Positions 39,470 through 51,748 of a stretch of 64,000 nt of DNA are shown in pieces. The stretch lies in contig CM102286.1 in the NCBI GenBank assembly GCA_046563655.1, positions 3,162,001 to 3,226,000 of the forward strand, in the 5' to 3' direction. Both the position numbers and the translations under genes were made by a program. Position 1 is the stretch's first letter. Every line of letters starts with the position of its first letter. Source of the stretch: Yuukianura sp. NJ FZ-2021 (taxonomy: Eukaryota). The notes beneath the pieces are model-generated. The model saw nothing but the letters and a program-made list of their open reading frames with translations. It was not told the DNA's origin and made no database searches.

Positions 39470-42458
39470 ATGACTCCATGGATTCTGGTCCTTTTGGGAG
39501 TGGTTGGGTCCTTCGGAACGGAAATAAGTGTCAAGACAAGGCCTGGAACGCTTTTCTCCATCCCTCTGGAGTTCAAGAAACCAAAGTTTTCGACTGAAAC
39601 GCCGCAGTGGGTCAAGTATGAAGGGGGAGCCATCAAAGGTGTCGCTGGAAATAAATACGGCCTCTTTACATTTAAAGTCAGCGAAAGTGATGGATCGGAG
39701 GAAGTTAACGTCCATGTTGGCGTAACTCCCAGTGAACCCTCGTCAAATGATTGTTTCCACCAAAAGTACTTTGGGAGATTATTGAATTTACATGAGAAGA
39801 TTACGTTTGGGATTCCCGGTGGACATTTCAAAGATGGAAGTCGAGGTATTGTTATTCACCTTTAAGTACGAAACGTATTTGTTTTGCCTTCTCTTTTGTT
39901 AATATTTCTTCTTACACTTATAGGAACGGTGTTCTATTATCCTTCATCTTGTCATAATGACATCAAGAGGACACGTTCAGGAAGAGCATCGGGACATCAC
40001 CATGAAAAGGCTGCGGGAGATGAAATCGAAATGGGGTCTGGAGATGATTTTGACGAAGAAGGAGAAGATGATGATTATGAAGAGGAAGAAGATGACGTTG
40101 AGCATTTAGAAGGGCCTCTTCTACCCACTCCAACACTCTCATATTATCATCCAGAGACGACCAGTAGTGACAATGAAGTTGAAAACTTGTCAACACCATT
40201 TCCGTCATCAACTGAATTTCCACTCCATTCCTTCAACCCAATGTCTTCTGATCTTTTCCCTCAAGAGTATGGCTCTGGAGACTTCGAAATACTGCCAACG
40301 ACACCTATTCCAATCACGCCTTCTGCAACGCCGGAACCGGAACTGATTGAACTCACACCAACACTGCCACCGGATCAGCCTGTCCTTGGGAAGCTTATTG
40401 AGAAGTTGCAGTTGCCAGCTGGAAAAGTGTTCAAATTCAATGTTGCCAATGGATACTTCCATTCCCCTCATCCAATCGTATACTTCCTACAGCCGACAGA
40501 GAAAGACTCATCACTGCCAGAGTGGGTTACACTGGAAAATGGAATTTTTATTGCTTGGCCAGCTGTATCTGATGTATCGGATTACACAATCAACTTGGTC
40601 GCACAGGATACTGTTACAAATGGAGTTACTGCAAATGAGATATACCTTAGCGTTCGGCAGAGTCCTAAGTCGCGGAACTATAATCATGAGTTTGAAATCC
40701 AAGTATTGAAAAACATATCTCATTCACCCCAGGAGCAACTCTACACAGTAATTGAGAAGGTTCAGGAATATGCTGGCGGTAGGCACGAGGGCGGCATGAT
40801 TGTGACAAAGGTTGATCGATCGTCGCAAACTATCGCTATCCGCTGGACGAACGAGAGTCTAATTGTTGGAGAAAATCAACACAGGTACCAATACTTTTCA
40901 AAATTTAGCCCAATAATACCATAAGCCTAATAGGTTGAGTTGAGTAGTTCAATCATTGTTAATTTCAGATGTCCCCAGCAAGAGCTGCAGGAGATTTACC
41001 TAAGACTGGTTGAAGGATCGGGGTCTTCAAAGCCAAATTCCGACTTAGTTAACAAACTGTCGCCAACTTATGTTCCGACATTCGTCGGAATTCATCTTCT
41101 TCCACAAACACTTTGTGCTGGCGCTAATCATACAACCATTACCGGAATCGTTCCGCCTCATCAAACTAGGAACTTTCCTCCGAAAATTCAGCATCCACTT
41201 GACTCACTCTATACGACTGCCGGAGAACTTTTTATTTACAAAGTTCCAGAAACGTTTTGCTACGATCCTGACGATGGGTATACCCCATTTTTGAATTTGA
41301 GCCTTTTGGACCGGAATGGAGAAAAAGTTGATCCTAAGAATTGGCTACAGTTTGATGAAAATAATCAAGAGTTTTTTGGACTTCCACCACCGTTGTCTTC
41401 TGGAAAACCTCAAATTGAAGAGTACACTCTCAAGTGTACTGATAAGAAAGGTAAACAAAACAAAGTTACCAGGTTTTTAAACTTAGTCGTTGCACTTTTG
41501 GTAATCTTGACATTTCTAACTACTTCATATTTTCTATTTATCCGTTTTGTGTCGTGTTTAGGAAAATCGGACAATGATGCACTGGAAGTTGAGATTTCTG
41601 GTGGAGTGAAAACAGACTACTCAGCTGGATTTCGACTGCACTTCCAATCTACGCTTTTCACCGCTCCTGAGATTCGTAAATTCATTGAGAAGCTTAGCAC
41701 AGCAATGAACGAAACGATAAACGACATTATGCTAATTTCCTACCAAAATTCCGGTAATGACGTTCAATTCTTATGGCACTTACGGAGAAACCCAACGACT
41801 GAGGCCGAACTGACACAAATCCGACGTATCATGCTCCGTGACGATGGCAGCTTTACACATTCTTTCAAGGACCAGTTCAAGCCAGACTTCAATCTCACTT
41901 TTGGACAAATCATTCCTAAAGGGAGACTCCTTGGTGGCAATACGCAAACACATGATGTGGACATCGGTGGAGAAGATGTGGTCACGGAAGGTCCGATACT
42001 TGGAGATGAAGGGAAAGCCTACTTGATCACTTACATTATTCCAGCAGTGCTAATCGCCGTCATGGTCCTGTTGGCACTGCTAATCGCTTGCATTTTGTCG
42101 AAAAAACGGAAGTCGCTTCCGAGAAGTTCCGAGGAGGCGAGAGCGTTCATAAAGAAAGGAGTTCCAATCATTTTTCAGGATGAATTGGAGGAAGACAAAG
42201 GAGGTAATTCTTGAGTACCACTCTTTAAGAAAAATTTTGAATTAGTGAGTAGATTAATGAAAATGGTGTTAATTAACAGCTCGATCTCGATCTCCCGCCA
42301 TTCTGAGAGAAGAACATCCCCCTCTGCCGCCAGAGTATCGTCGGTCTCCTATTCAACAATATCAACCACCTCCGCCAATGAACCGAATGGGTGGCAGTCG
42401 CGGCGGTGTTCGTCCTGGAACTCACTACAGAAAACCACCACCATATCTTCCACCATAA
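39470..42458 (+). CDS. Dg: Dystroglycan
   Basis: Exons 39470-39845, 39924-40884, 40969-41450, 41562-42203, 42280-42458. Signal peptide, Thr/Pro-rich region, two cadherin-like repeats (e.g. AGELFIYKVPETFCYDPDDG...NWLQFD..NQEFFGLP), TM IIPAVLIAVMVLLALLIAC, KGVPIIFQDELE, PPEY, and terminal RKPPPYLPP*. Confidence 0.93.
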
Positions 42459-43621
42459 ATCAAAAATGCACTTCCAAACTCATCACTTCCATGAAACAAC
42501 TTCAATGAAGTTATATCCAACAACGGCCCAGTGAAATCCAAACAATTCACAATTTCCCTTATCTTCAAACACAGTTTCATTGCAATGCTTCCGTCAACTT
42601 GCATTTTTAACAATGAAATCAAGTTGTACAAATAACGTCCTGGCTTCCTTCTTTCTTACCCTAAAACGCAACTTAAACTGCATCACTAAACATTAGGCTT
42701 TGACATTTAACTTATCAAGTACTTACGGTAGTATTTTTGCGACTACTTTAGAAGTGAATGTCTTTTAGACCCATTTGTAATTTTTAACTGTTAACTTTCT
42801 AACCTGCAGCGATGTAAATGTCATCGATTCAGCGATTGAAGTAGAATACTGTCAAGTATCCCTTTATATCAAAAGCACAAAGCATTTAAGGCAGCTAGTT
42901 TAAAGTATAACTGCAATGAGCAACTACGTAAACTGCCATCAGTGAGGCCATGACTTGGTAGACTTTTAACAATTTTTTAGGATGTTTAACTAATTTTATG
43001 AAATTGTTAGTCAGACTATAGACTTTTAAGTTAGGTTAGTTTTTAACACTAAACATATCTCGATACGGATACCTTGTTAGAACTTAGGAGTGTAGACGAA
43101 CGTAAAACGTTTCTTCCTGTTTTTCCATTAAATTATAAAAACGGTTTTTCAAATTTCTATTACCTTTGCAATTGCAGCTTTACTCGACGTTTATTCAAAA
43201 ATTTCTTATAGGGATTGCTTTAAAATTCGAATAATTTAATTGAAACTTGGTATTTCCTAAACAATTAGAACTTACCGTAGTACGAGGACTTTTTGTTATT
43301 GTTGCATGTTGCATTAATTTCTACTCTACATTTAATTTAACAAGTTTTAAATACTAGTAATTCGTCGAACGTTTTCTGCTGACATGTTTTTGCAAAGTAT
43401 TGGTAAAAGTGATGATGTCCAATGCTGACTCTCTTCTTAATTTGAGTGCTTACGCTAATCTAGAAACTATTTTTTGGATTTAACTGGGACAACAACGGGA
43501 GAAGAATAATGAAAGGAACAATCACAATGTGATTAGAAGTGTGCTTGGGGGTACTTCCGAGTTTGACGTTAGGGTGACTTCGACTTCGAGACTTCAATTG
43601 GCACTTATTCTCTTATAGGTG

Positions 43622-45024
43622 TTAACCGGATCCTCGAAAACCGTTGTACACTTTGTTAACTGACTTCTGATTCAAAATTTTACGAAGACCTGTAACAACA
43701 ATCCGAATTTTAGTAAGAATTGAAAATGATTAGGAACTGACAGCGATTCGCCGATTACAGCGTTCAGTGGTTGAAAATCATTACCTTCTTTATCTTCATC
43801 GGAGAGATCGTTCTTTGGGAACTCAACGTCAAACGTAATTGTTAGAGATCCAAAGTTGTTGTTATTTTCATACGACGGCATGCCCTCTCCCTTCTTCCGT
43901 ATTCGAGCTCCAGGCCATGTCACTTTTTCGCGGACAATGTGAACTTTATGGCCATCGAGATGCTCAATGGTCATCTCGAATCCAGTAAGAGCATCCTGAA
44001 GAGATATGGTGACGTTCGTGTAGAGGTCATCACCTTTCCGTTCGAATCGAGCATGAGGCGCTGTTCTTATTCTAAGACGAAGATCGCCCGGTTCTCCGTC
44101 GATATGAGGCTCTCCCTCAGCTACGAAACGGGTTTCTTGGCCGTCTGTCATGCCTGGCTCTATCTCAAATTCCAGCATCCGTTCTTCGTTAGTAAATCTG
44201 CGAATTTTGAATTAAATGGTTAGTTTCAACGTGTTCACAACTAATGACAAAGGTAGTATTTCGTTAGCTTACCGAATATTCGGACATTCGTCACAAACTT
44301 GTTGCTGCATCATCTGGAATCTTCCAGGTCCGAGTTGCCGAGTAACCATTTCCTGTCTACAATTGCATTTTCGTGTACCAGAGGCCGGTTTTGCAACAGG
44401 CTTGTTTCTAGTAATCTATTAGTTGAACCAAAATGTAAAAAATTAGTGTAAAATGAGAACCAAACGTGAACTGCTACAAAACAAACCTCCACAAAGTTGC
44501 CAGAGTAAAGTTCCTCAAGAGTGACATGGATATCCATAATAATATCGGCTCCCTTCGCGACTTCCCTTCGCTGATCCTGGCCACCACCACCGAAGAAACC
44601 GAAGTCTCCAAAGAATGATTGGAACGGATCCATGGAACCAAAAGTACTGTCTTTCTTCAGACATTCTTCACCACAACGATCATACATTTCTCGTTTCTCT
44701 TCATCCCCTAAAGCTTCGTAAGCAGCACTCAAATCCATGAACCTGTCCGTTGCTTCCGGGTCTTCTTTGTTTTTATCAGGATGAAGCTCCTTAGCAAGGC
44801 GGCGGTAAGCCTTCTTTATCTGATTGGTTGAGGCAGATCTCGGTACCCCAAGAATTCGGTAAAAGTCTCTTCTACAAAACAAATTGCAAAACACTTTAAG
44901 GTCACAAGGTATTTATGTTATCATCAAGAAATTGGTTTAAAATCGCTTACTCTGAAAGGACGATACATGAGTTCAGAAGAATAACCAGGAGTGGAAACAA
45001 AAGATCCCAATATTTTCTCTTCAT
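43622..45024 (-). CDS. DNAJB11: ER-lumenal Hsp40 co-chaperone DNAJB11/ERdj3
   Basis: Signal peptide, then RDFYRILGV...LHPDKN (J domain), a G/F region, Cys-containing segment, C-terminal [13 protein letters not shown]...[13 protein letters not shown], ending [11 protein letters not shown]. Five exons. Confidence 0.93.
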
Positions 45025-45994
45025 GTTTGCTGTAAATCGTGGATGTTGTGGTAATGTCCAACTAACCACCGGAGAGTCCTATTCAAACGGGACGAATATC
45101 ACTACTGGGACAGATGTAACCAGACAAGTAACGAGCCTTCTGAACTTTGAGCAATCCCGGACAGAGAATCCCAACTTTCGGACTGCGAATCTGATAAAAA
45201 CCGCAACCGCAGCTAAGGTAAAAAAAATCCGACACGGTTAGTTAATGAAAGTATTAACGCAGACTCCAATTTAAACGGGTGTATCTTGTTAATAATATAA
45301 AATAACATTCCTACCTATCTTATCTTACCAAGTGCCGAAACAAGGGGCGATTCCAAATGAAATCCTTCTTCCGTGTTCAGCCCGACCGACAACGACACTA
45401 CTGTTTGAATGAGATTCGGATTACATAAGTTATTGATGATTTGTAAATCAATTAATTGTTAAAATTAATTGAAAAGTATTTCAACTTCAATGTATACTTA
45501 CCGGTAGTGTTGATATGAAAAGTAGGGGTTTTCCAAGTTCCAGACAAATGTGAAAATGTCATTGGTCAATAATTCACCCGGCGCCGTTTAAATTCCGTAC
45601 CCTTCCACAGTGTTGCCAGCGCGGGTTACAATTTTTTGTGACTCATTAACGCTGCTAATCGATAATAATTAATTAATTATAATAATTAATTAAATTATGT
45701 ACAACTAAGGTTAACTCAGGTCACAGCCCTTTACTATTTGTGCACTGGTTTACAGCTTATAATTGTTTACGTTCTTGCTGTACTTACGCAACGCAAAAAA
45801 TTAAAGAAAGTACACATGTACGATTGTGACGAAGAGTAGAAGAAGCGGAACTTTTAGTGTTACCGCTTTGTTGACATCCAAAATTGAAGGATTTTAGGAA
45901 TACGGTTTTACGTTTTCCTTTTCGTTATTACTTTTAATTTGGAAAGGAGTTGTTAATTGTGAATGTTAGATTAAACTTAAGGGGATAGACTAGG

Positions 45995-46859
45995 ATGTTT
46001 GAATTTGTATCACAAGGGGCTGAGGCGAGGTTATTCGTGGGTGAATATGAAGGTCGTCCGGTAATTGTTAAGGAACGTTTTCCGAAGCGTTATCGACACC
46101 AATCTCTGGATGAAAGGCTCACGAAGGAACGGATGCGATCTGAACTAAGAGGACTTCATAGAGCGAGAAGCATTGGTAACCAATTTAGCTGAGTTAATAG
46201 GATAAATTTATTAAGTGAATTCGGTAAATCGTGCACGTTTTGCAGGAGTGCGTGCTCCAGCGGTATATTTTGTAGATGGAAAGACAAATTCCATCTACAT
46301 GGAGCTTATTGAAGACGTAGATACAGTTAATGTTGCCATTGGAAAACTTCTCCAGGTAACGTTTAGAGAGTCTTTGTATTGCAGTAGGTTTAGTAATTAG
46401 ATTGGCTTGTCAAGCGCTATCTTGTATTGCATAAAGTGTAAAACAAGATTTCGTACTGCGCAGGGCAAACCAGATGATGATCATGGACATATGAATGAAG
46501 AAGTTCAACGAAAGTTGAAAGCCCTTGGTCGTGAAGTCGGGGTGACTATTGGGAAACTTCATAATGCTGATATCATCCACGGAGATCTAACTACTTCCAA
46601 TATTTTAGTGAAGAAAGGCACATTCGAGCTGTTCTTCATAGACTTTGGCCTAAGCTACATGGATGACAGCATTGAAGACAAAGGAGTTGACCTGTATGTT
46701 TTAGAACGAGCTCTTGCCAGTACACACTCCAGTATTCCCTGGTTGTTCGACTTTATCCTGGATGGGTATCTGAAATCCAACACGAAAGACGGGCTGGAAG
46801 CGATCAAAAAGTTAGATGAAGTTAGATTGAGGGGCAGAAAACGGACAATGGTCGGCTAA
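45995..46859 (+). CDS. TP53RK: KEOPS complex kinase TP53RK/PRPK/Bud32
   Basis: Exons 45995-46175, 46246-46355, 46464-46859. Motifs QGAEA, KERFPKRYRH, IIHGDLTTSN, IDFGLS, EDKGVDLYVLERA, and C-terminal VRLRGRKRTMVG*. Confidence 0.95.
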
Positions 46860-47356
46860 AAGTACCGTGACTTTCCGATATTTTTTAATGTTACCACTCA
46901 TGTGGATAAGTTGATGCTGATGCCGTCTTGCAATTTGTAACTTTGGTTTAAAAAAAAGTTAGAGTCCGTGGGTATTCCTTGTGTTTTGTTTTATTTTAAA
47001 ATGTGAAACAATAGAAATACGTTTTTCCATTGTTTCACATTTTAAAAACCCAGTAACCTGAAGGCATTGACAGGATTAAGGTCAAAGGGGCTGACTTACA
47101 TTTTGGATGTTTTTGTGTCAAAATTAATTCTTAACGTTTCGAATGAATCAGGCCAGTTAAGTTCCGGCTTCCCATATCTTTCATTAGTTATAACATGTTC
47201 ACGGCATCAGTTAATGTCGTTTTAATAGCCGTTGCGGAGTGTTCATGTTCATTAAGAACACGATAGTTTCCAAAAAGCTAGCTGCATTTTGAACTGTGTT
47301 GCCTGTTGCTTGTGTATTTCTGCTATTCATAGCATATTAGTGATCTGTGAGTAAGA

Positions 47357-48926
47357 ATGACTTATGCAGTGCAGGATCCGTTTAAACCGGAAGTTGAAAT
47401 CGATACCTCTTGCAAAAATATATACAAACTATGGCTTCTCGTTAACAAGACTTGGAATCACTTCCACTTTCAACTAATAGCGTCACGGAAGAAGCATATC
47501 TTACATTGCCTCCTCATGATTGCATTTATGATCATGCCCATCTTAATTTATCTGGATACGGAGGTAACAATCACAAGCCAAATTTATGGAAGATGGACCA
47601 CTTACGCCCTCTACGTCATCAGGATACTTTCTGTATTGATGGGTTTGCCATACGAAGTGATGGTGTTCATTGGACTGTTTTTCTACAATGCATTTCCTGG
47701 ACCAGTGCATCTCAAACGTACAAATATGGCGGACTATCCGTTCATTTGCTTCCGAGTGGCTACGAAAGGACTTTGTCAAAACCTGGTCAGAAGCACTGTA
47801 GCCAGAAATCTCAAAATTATACTGGACAAAGGAGTAACAATGTTCCAGATTCAAGTTGTCACTAACAATTTTGTGCCTGGAATTTCAAGTCATCCACAAG
47901 TAGAACAACTAGTTGTTCCGGAAGACTACGAAACGAAAAGCGGGTCATTGTACAAGGCCAGAAATTTGCAATACGCTCTCGAACAAGGTAACAATGAAAA
48001 AAAATGAAATTTTTTGAAATTCTGAAAACTAAAATTGATTTTCTGTAATTTTAGATTGTTTATACGACAATGATTGGTTGGTACACTTGGATGAAGAAAC
48101 ACTTTTAACTCCGAATTCATTATGTGGAATTCTCAACTTCGTTGCAGAAGGGAAGCACCAGTTTGGTCAAGGGCTCGTGACATACTCAAACGACGGAGTT
48201 GTCAATTGGACAACAACGTTGGCCGACATCAATCGATTAGCCGACGATTTGGGCAAGATTCGTGCCCAGTTTAAGCTCTTCCATGCTCCACTTTTTTCAA
48301 TGAAAGGTCCTTATACCGTTTGCCAAGTCGGAGCTGAACGTAGAATTGGATTTGATGATGGCCCGGATGCATCGATTGCCGAAGACTGTCATTTTGTAAT
48401 GAAGGCGTACGAGATGGGATACAGTTTTGGGTTTATCGAAGGAGAAATGTGGGAATTTTCGCCATTCACTTTATGGGATTTCGTTCTTCAACGCAAGCGC
48501 TGGTTCCAGGGAATCCTTTTGGTCATTTACACAAGCGGAAGGAGATTTAAAACAATGATTTGGCTTATCATCGACTTTCATAACAAATTTCTCCAGCCAG
48601 TTCCATGGATTTTTGTACTGCTGGATTTGTACAAGGTTGTTCCAATTCCAGTATGGTTCCAGCTAGTTGCTCTCCCATTTTATGGACTTCGAGTTTACAT
48701 GTACGTATTTGGAATTTTAAAGTCGGCGGAGTGTAGTAACTCGCCACATGAAAAAAGTTACTTGAGATTAATCGGCCTTAGTTTGTATACAATCATAATA
48801 GTACGTACTATACATACTGCCATGGATATTGTCGCAATGGTTCTGGGGTTGTGGCAGTCAAAGCACGGCTTTTACTTGGTCAAAAAAGAAATCCTAAATA
48901 GGTCAAAGAGTGATGAGCAAGTCTGA
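47357..48926 (+). CDS. Egghead/BRE-3-like GT2 beta-1,4-mannosyltransferase (divergent)
   Basis: Exons 47357-47987 and 48055-48926. Motifs PFICFRVATKG, KARNLQYAL, DWLVHLDEET, FGQGLVTY, SIAEDC, and QRKRW (QxxRW); N- and C-terminal TM segments. Confidence 0.88.
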
Positions 48927-49730
48927 TATAAACTAGTTAGTAACCTTAACCTTTCAACCTAATTAAACTATAAAATCTAAAATAATAGAATTTACTTTCA
49001 AAATGAAATCAAATTGGACAAAATTAAAAAAAAAACGCTTCCGAGAACGCAAATGCTAGACTTTTGAGTTATTAAGTGATAGATAGTAAGCCTAAGTTTA
49101 AATTGATTTACCCCTCCTGCTGCTTCATAAAAACGTTTTGTTGGTTGACTGAAAATTCTATTATAGTATTGAATAATATGTTAATCCACCATTAAATTTT
49201 TTAATTCAACATTACTTATTAGATAGCGATGTCAATGTCAAACATCGGCAATAACATTTAACTTTGCACCTTGGACGCTTACGTGGTGTTGACAGTGTTG
49301 GCGCCAATTTTGTATTTTAATTTGTGTCATTCAAAAAATGATAAAAAAACAAAAAACAGAACAGTGACTGACGACATACCGATTACGGAGTTAATCTATT
49401 TAGTAGTTTACCGGTGTTAAATTTTTGTTGCGAGTGTTGGGATAGTCGATCGAGAGGTGAGTTAAGATTTTCTAAAAAGAATTCGAACCGTTTTACGTTT
49501 ACCGAATACTACTTTTATACGATTGGTCAGCTGTGATATCCCGATTCCGTTACTGCTATAGCTGTACTTTAAACTTTAAAGTTTAAAGTGGCATTTTGAT
49601 TTCAGAAAATATGCGTCGTGTCAATTCTTGATTGTCTTTTTTAATTTTTTCTTTCAGATTCCGAGTCAGGATCCGATAAAAGAAAATTCATTCGTGGATT
49701 AGCGATAATCAAAGGTTGTAGCTGGACGAC

Positions 49731-50618
49731 ATGTCAGGTAGGCTGAGAATGACGATTTAAATCGACTTCAACTGTATGAACGTTACGTTGTGTGAAGGAT
49801 TGGGCATGGACATAACTGAGAATTGGTTTTTATAGAATTAATTTACATATTCTTTCTTCTGAATAGATAATACATATCCCGGTTGGGGAGATGGAAGTGG
49901 CAGTGACTTTTCGTATTCATTCAATGACCAGTCTCAAGGGTTTGAAACGTTCAACTATCAACAACCTGGAGTTGGGTCAACAAGTCAGCAGCCTTATTAC
50001 AACCCACAAGGCACAAGTTCAGCAGCGTACGCATCTCCTGCCCCGACGTACTTCATACCGCAAAATCCTCCAACAGAAGCCACGGCATTTGACAATACAT
50101 TCGAAGACGAGCCGCCTCTTCTCGAAGAACTTGGAATCAACCCACATCACATTGTGGAGAAAACACTATCCGTTCTAAACCCATTTCGGTACACGGAAGC
50201 AACGATTCTTCAAGACGCAGATTTGGTTGGACCCGTCGTATTTTGTATCCTCTTTGGATTCATTCTTCTACTCTCTGGAAAGGTGCACTTTGGATACATC
50301 TACGGAATTGGAGTCCTCGGCTGTCTTGGGATGTTCTTCCTTCTGAACATGATGAGTGTAGGCGGAGTGTCACTGGGGATCACCGTCTCTGTGTTGGGCT
50401 ACTGTCTTCTGCCAATGGTCGGCCTTGCAGGGGTCAATCTGCTGCTATCGCTGCAAGACTTGTTTGGGGTCATCCTTACGCTGACGGCTGTTATCTGGTG
50501 CGCTTTGTCGGCGTCCAAGCTCTTTGTTACCGCTTTGGAAATGCAACACCAACAACCACTCGTCGCTTATCCGTGTGCTCTCGTGTATGGGGTCTTTGCC
50601 CTCCTTGCTGTCTTCTAA
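49731..50618 (+). CDS. YIPF5: Yip1-family Golgi/ER protein YIPF5
   Basis: Micro-exon 49731-49737 (ATGTCAG|GT) plus 49867-50618. Motifs [58 protein letters not shown]. Confidence 0.93.
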
Positions 50619-51748
50619 TTTCTTGATTTGATTGTAAAACTATAAAATTTATTATTAAAATATTATTTAAATCGTACTAATAAAAACTAAAACAGGACTA
50701 AATTGGGGTTCGTTTCTTTCTTTTTCATTCTATATTTTGCATTGTGGAAACTCTGTTGTTTTCTACTCTAAATACACAAAAATTTGTAGACTTTTCGCTC
50801 TCTCTCTCTCATTGGTTCCTAGAATTTCAAATGAGAATACTTCACGATACATGTTCATGCTACTGCAACTAATTTAATTAGTTTTCGAATGAATTAGGTA
50901 TTTAGTAACTTAAGAAGTAAGTTTGTTTACATTAACTGTTTGTGTGGTGGCGGCGGTAGGCTTGAATGCTAGTAAACACCCTTGCCTTGTTGGCTATTTG
51001 TGTTTTGTTTATCTTTTCCTCACTGTCACTGTGTGCTCCTCTTTTGTAAACTTGGCTTAACATTTTTTGCCAAATTATTGCAGAAGTCAAGTGCTGTTGG
51101 TTAGTATTAAAAAGCATAGGAGGGACTACGATACCAGTGTAATTTGGGCAGACGGATGAGATTTATCACCTTCCAGGAAGTTACTTGAAGTGTTTTGTAC
51201 CCGTTTAGCAAGAGAAGGTTACAACGGAATGACGACAAAATTTGACTTAACTGGATTGTGAGTGAGTCACGAAACTGAGGTCACAACATCCCGCTTCAGG
51301 TTATGAGGTTTCTTCTTAAGTGTTGAGGTATCTGGGTATGTAACGCCACTTTTCGTCAACGGTGATTAACTTCGCGGGTCACGATACGGGTACACTGTCA
51401 AAAAATATACGCTGGAATTTTGTGAATTGTGGATTGTGATTAGTACATAAGATTAATGTGCCTTCTTGACACGCACCTCAAGTCAATTTCACCTGGGGGC
51501 GTTAATTGAGGTAAGGGGTTTTTCAGTGCGTGACACACAGGATATTTGGTTTCGTATTAATGTTGTGTTTGTGTGTCGCATACGGATGCTTTGATTAGCG
51601 ATCTTGCGATAGTATTTTTTATTAATCTATTAATTATAAATTATAAATTGTGATTCATAATCAAAATGTTTTTTATTATTTATAGGCTTCAGAAGCGGGC
51701 TATAACCACGAAGATTTGGACGGACCGATCAGAGGGATACACGTTAAG

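Noticed and set aside
44915..45241. 108-aa plus-strand ORF and other ORFs overlapping real exons in other frames or strands
   Set aside because: Shadow ORFs of DNAJB11 and the other identified genes, with no independent support.
45025..45994. ERSE/UPRE elements in the DNAJB11-TP53RK divergent promoter
   Set aside because: No CCAAT-N9-CCACG or TGACGTGG match found by eye.
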